Position numbers and translations under genes: made by a program. From Candidatus Saccharimonadota bacterium (GTDB taxonomy: Archaea > Micrarchaeota > Micrarchaeia > Micrarchaeales > Micrarchaeaceae), in the NCBI GenBank assembly GCA_963698035.1, contig OY969114.1, positions 600,001-632,000 on the forward strand: a stretch of 32,000 bases of DNA. The letters run 5' to 3'. This document shows, piece after piece, positions 29,896 to 32,000 of the stretch (the first letter of the stretch is position 1; each line of letters begins with the position of its first letter). Under the pieces are notes generated by a model. The model was not told where the DNA came from. It saw nothing but the letters and a program-made list of their open reading frames with translations, and made no database searches.

Positions 29896-32000
29896 TCATG
29901 TAACGATGAAGTGCAACTTGCATGTGTTGTAGACAACACTGGCGCTGGTGCAGATCACGCTGCTGCTGTAGAATAGCCCGGTGCTGCCGCTCACTATATC
30001 GGGAGTCTGATTGAACAGCCCGTTGTACGAAGAGGCTAGCGGCCAATAATCTACCGGCGTTATCCCGTTAACCGTATTGTTCTGGTAGAGCTGCTCCATC
30101 TGTCCAGTCGAAAGCGGGGCATTGTATAGTTGCACGTCTGCCATTTCACCTATGAAATTTCCATCACCGCAGTATGCTTGGCCAAGCCCTATCCCTATCC
30201 CATTAGCGGTTGAGAAGCTGTTTGTGTTTATGACGGTTTGCTGCTGACCATTAAGCTGGAAAAGGTAGTTGCCAGTTGCAGGTGTCACAGACAATGCAAC
30301 AAACATCCAACTGTTCAAATTGCTCGGTGTGACTGCAGGGGATGCCATTGTGTCTGCAGAGGTGCACCGATGGATAAACAAGTTCCCATTACTGCCTTGC
30401 GCAGCAAGACCAAATGATTGGTAACCGGTCCAGGAGAAAAGGGATTCTACATCATTTGAACCGAAGTTAAATGCTGTGGGGTCAATCCACATCGCTATTG
30501 CGAATGGATAGTTACTGCCTGAAAGGCTCGATACAGTGTTAATAATGCCATTTCCATTGAAGGAGATGCCCTGCGGCACTATCCCATTATAGAGACCTAG
30601 GGCGCCGGTCTCATTTAGCACTATCCTATTGGAGACGGCAAGCGCCCTGGATCCAAGGTAGAGGTGGCTGTAGGAGCTGTTCCCGCACTGCTGCAGGTTC
30701 GCGCAGTTGAGCACCCCCTTCACAGCGCTTGAGTTGTAGCCGTTCAGCAGGTTGTGGAATATCGGGTCCATCGTATAGCCCTGCAGGTTGTAGTATACTA
30801 CGTTTGTAGGTGTGCCGTTGATGTTGTATCCCGAATAGTCATTCGCGTTTCCGTTCAGTGGATACCAGGCAACGAGCGTAGAGTTGAATATTGGTGGGCC
30901 ATAGAGCCCACTAGTATATAGGCTCGATACCTGCGCAGGCGAGAGCGATGTGCTGTAGACTTGAACGTTTGCGATTGAACCGCTATAATAGTCCCCCGAG
31001 TCGCCCCCTATGGTGAAAACGCTATTCCCACCCAGGGTAAAACTGCCCGTACCCTCATTATTGCCATTTATATAAATGTAGGCTTTCCCCGAATTATATA
31101 CCCCAACTACCTGATACCACGTGTTTGCTGCTAAGGGTATAGTTGCGCTAAGTCTACCATGCCCGACACATCCAAAATATATGACCCCAGGACCGTCTTC
31201 TCCCGCTCCAAGCCCAGTCACGCCCGCGATATTGCAGCCACCTTCTCCGGCAATCTGTGTTATGCCGGATAGTGTAGCCAAGTTAACCCAGGCTGAAATC
31301 GTAAATTGTTGGAGTGTATTTGATATAATGACTGTGTTTGTGTTAATTTCGCTTATTCCGTTGAAGCTGGCATCCTGCCTGTTCAACAGGTTGAAAGAGA
31401 AGAGTCCGCCAGGCCCTTCCTTGGTGGTCGACTGCTGTACGTTTTGCAGGTAGTTCGGGGAGTAGTTGGATGCAAAGTAGTAGCCGTTCTGTATCGCTGT
31501 CTGCAGCGGCGTCAGGTCCAAAAGCGAGAGCGAGGCTCCATTGAGCAGCGCAATCGTCCCGTTGGGTATCACGTTCGCGGAGAGCTGGTTCGCGGTGTAG
31601 ATTAGATAGGACACAGTGACTCCGCTGGCCGGCAGCGCATTCGTCACAAGGCCTATCGCACCACAGGCCGTCAGCCCCAGGTTCGCTGCGTTAGGTGTCA
31701 CCAGTATGAAGGAATTTGCCGGCAACGTCGGCATATTGGAGCATGATGTGGGCGTCCCTCCTAGGTAAACTAGAGTGCCGTATGCGAACATGAAGGGGCT
31801 CCTACTTCCAGCTATAGCAAGAGAATTGGCTATCAGGATTGGGTAGGGATATTTAGATATGCTTTTTATCGTGCTGGGGTTGTCGCTTTCAGCGCCATAT
31901 ATGTCCTGCGTTCCGTTTATGCTCACATTCGCAACCGCCGATATTCCATAGGTAACATAGCCGTAGCTCGAGTTGAGCGTGGCGAGCCCGGTCAGCTTTG
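29896..32000 (-). CDS. Large surface protein with two LamG/ConA-like lectin domains; N-terminus lies beyond the window
   Basis: I translated 31927-32000 by hand and the frame stays open to the window edge (…KLTGLATLNSSYGYVTYGISAVAN-VSINGT…), so the track start GTG 31926 is arbitrary. There are two Laminin_G_3-like units (FTISAWVNL...WYQVVGVYNSGKAYIYINGN...GSIANVQVYSTSLSPAQVSSLY and FAIAMWIDP...WMFVALSV...LFQLNGQQ...GEMADVQLYNAPLSTGQMEQLY). The linker LVAWYPLNGNANDYSG is also typical. Confidence 0.85.
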   Translation of the reverse strand, partial: KLTGLATLNSSYGYVTYGISAVANVSINGTQDIYGAESDNPSTIKSISKYPYPILIANSLAIAGSRSPFMFAYGTLVYLGGTPTSCSNMPTLPANSFILVTPNAANLGLTACGAIGLVTNALPASGVTVSYLIYTANQLSANVIPNGTIALLNGASLSLLDLTPLQTAIQNGYYFASNYSPNYLQNVQQSTTKEGPGGLFSFNLLNRQDASFNGISEINTNTVIISNTLQQFTISAWVNLATLSGITQIAGEGGCNIAGVTGLGAGEDGPGVIYFGCVGHGRLSATIPLAANTWYQVVGVYNSGKAYIYINGNNEGTGSFTLGGNSVFTIGGDSGDYYSGSIANVQVYSTSLSPAQVSSLYTSGLYGPPIFNSTLVAWYPLNGNANDYSGYNINGTPTNVVYYNLQGYTMDPIFHNLLNGYNSSAVKGVLNCANLQQCGNSSYSHLYLGSRALAVSNRIVLNETGALGLYNGIVPQGISFNGNGIINTVSSLSGSNYPFAIAMWIDPTAFNFGSNDVESLFSWTGYQSFGLAAQGSNGNLFIHRCTSADTMASPAVTPSNLNSWMFVALSVTPATGNYLFQLNGQQQTVINTNSFSTANGIGIGLGQAYCGDGNFIGEMADVQLYNAPLSTGQMEQLYQNNTVNGITPVDYWPLASSYNGLFNQTPDIVSGSTGLFYSSSVICTSASVVYNTCKLHFIVT

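Overview
This is a very compact archaeal window: by my tally only about 1 kb of 32 kb lies outside called genes. Archaeal origin is supported by an archaeal-type TyrRS, Trm1, Fap7-like kinase, DUF357, TATA-like boxes about 26 nt from start codons, and intron-containing tRNAs. Bases 1-13.7 kb are mostly housekeeping: lpd (5' truncated by the window edge), alpha/beta hydrolase, Fap7-like NTPase, DUF357, trm1, C39-like peptidase, an alkaline-phosphatase-superfamily enzyme plus a GT4 glycosyltransferase, tyrS, ksgA/rsmA and an MBL hydrolase. Bases 10.6-32 kb are dominated by cell-envelope genes. These include a class-III-signal (type IV pilin-like) lectin-domain protein and a 2190-aa secreted, C-terminally anchored giant protein with mucin-like Ser/Thr tracts and three 8-Cys modules. 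They also include a three-gene RCK/TrkA-N operon whose membrane subunits lack a K+ selectivity filter, an M50 site-2 protease, and a type IV filament operon of Epd/Tad style. That operon runs wHTH-coiled-coil protein, FlaI/TadA-family ATPase, acidic repeat protein, then two single-domain T2SS-F platform genes, and it converges on a large double-LamG surface protein that runs off the window. Three tRNAs are present, none named in the ORF track: tRNA-Thr(GGU), tRNA-Leu(CAA) with a ~13-nt insert in the T-loop, and tRNA-Gln(CUG) with a ~21-nt insert in the D-loop. The best candidate for an undescribed system is the filament machinery together with the lectin-type pilin/adhesins and the giant glycoprotein, possibly a cell-cell attachment apparatus. 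That functional link is inference only. No CRISPR array, rRNA, transposase or integrase was seen.
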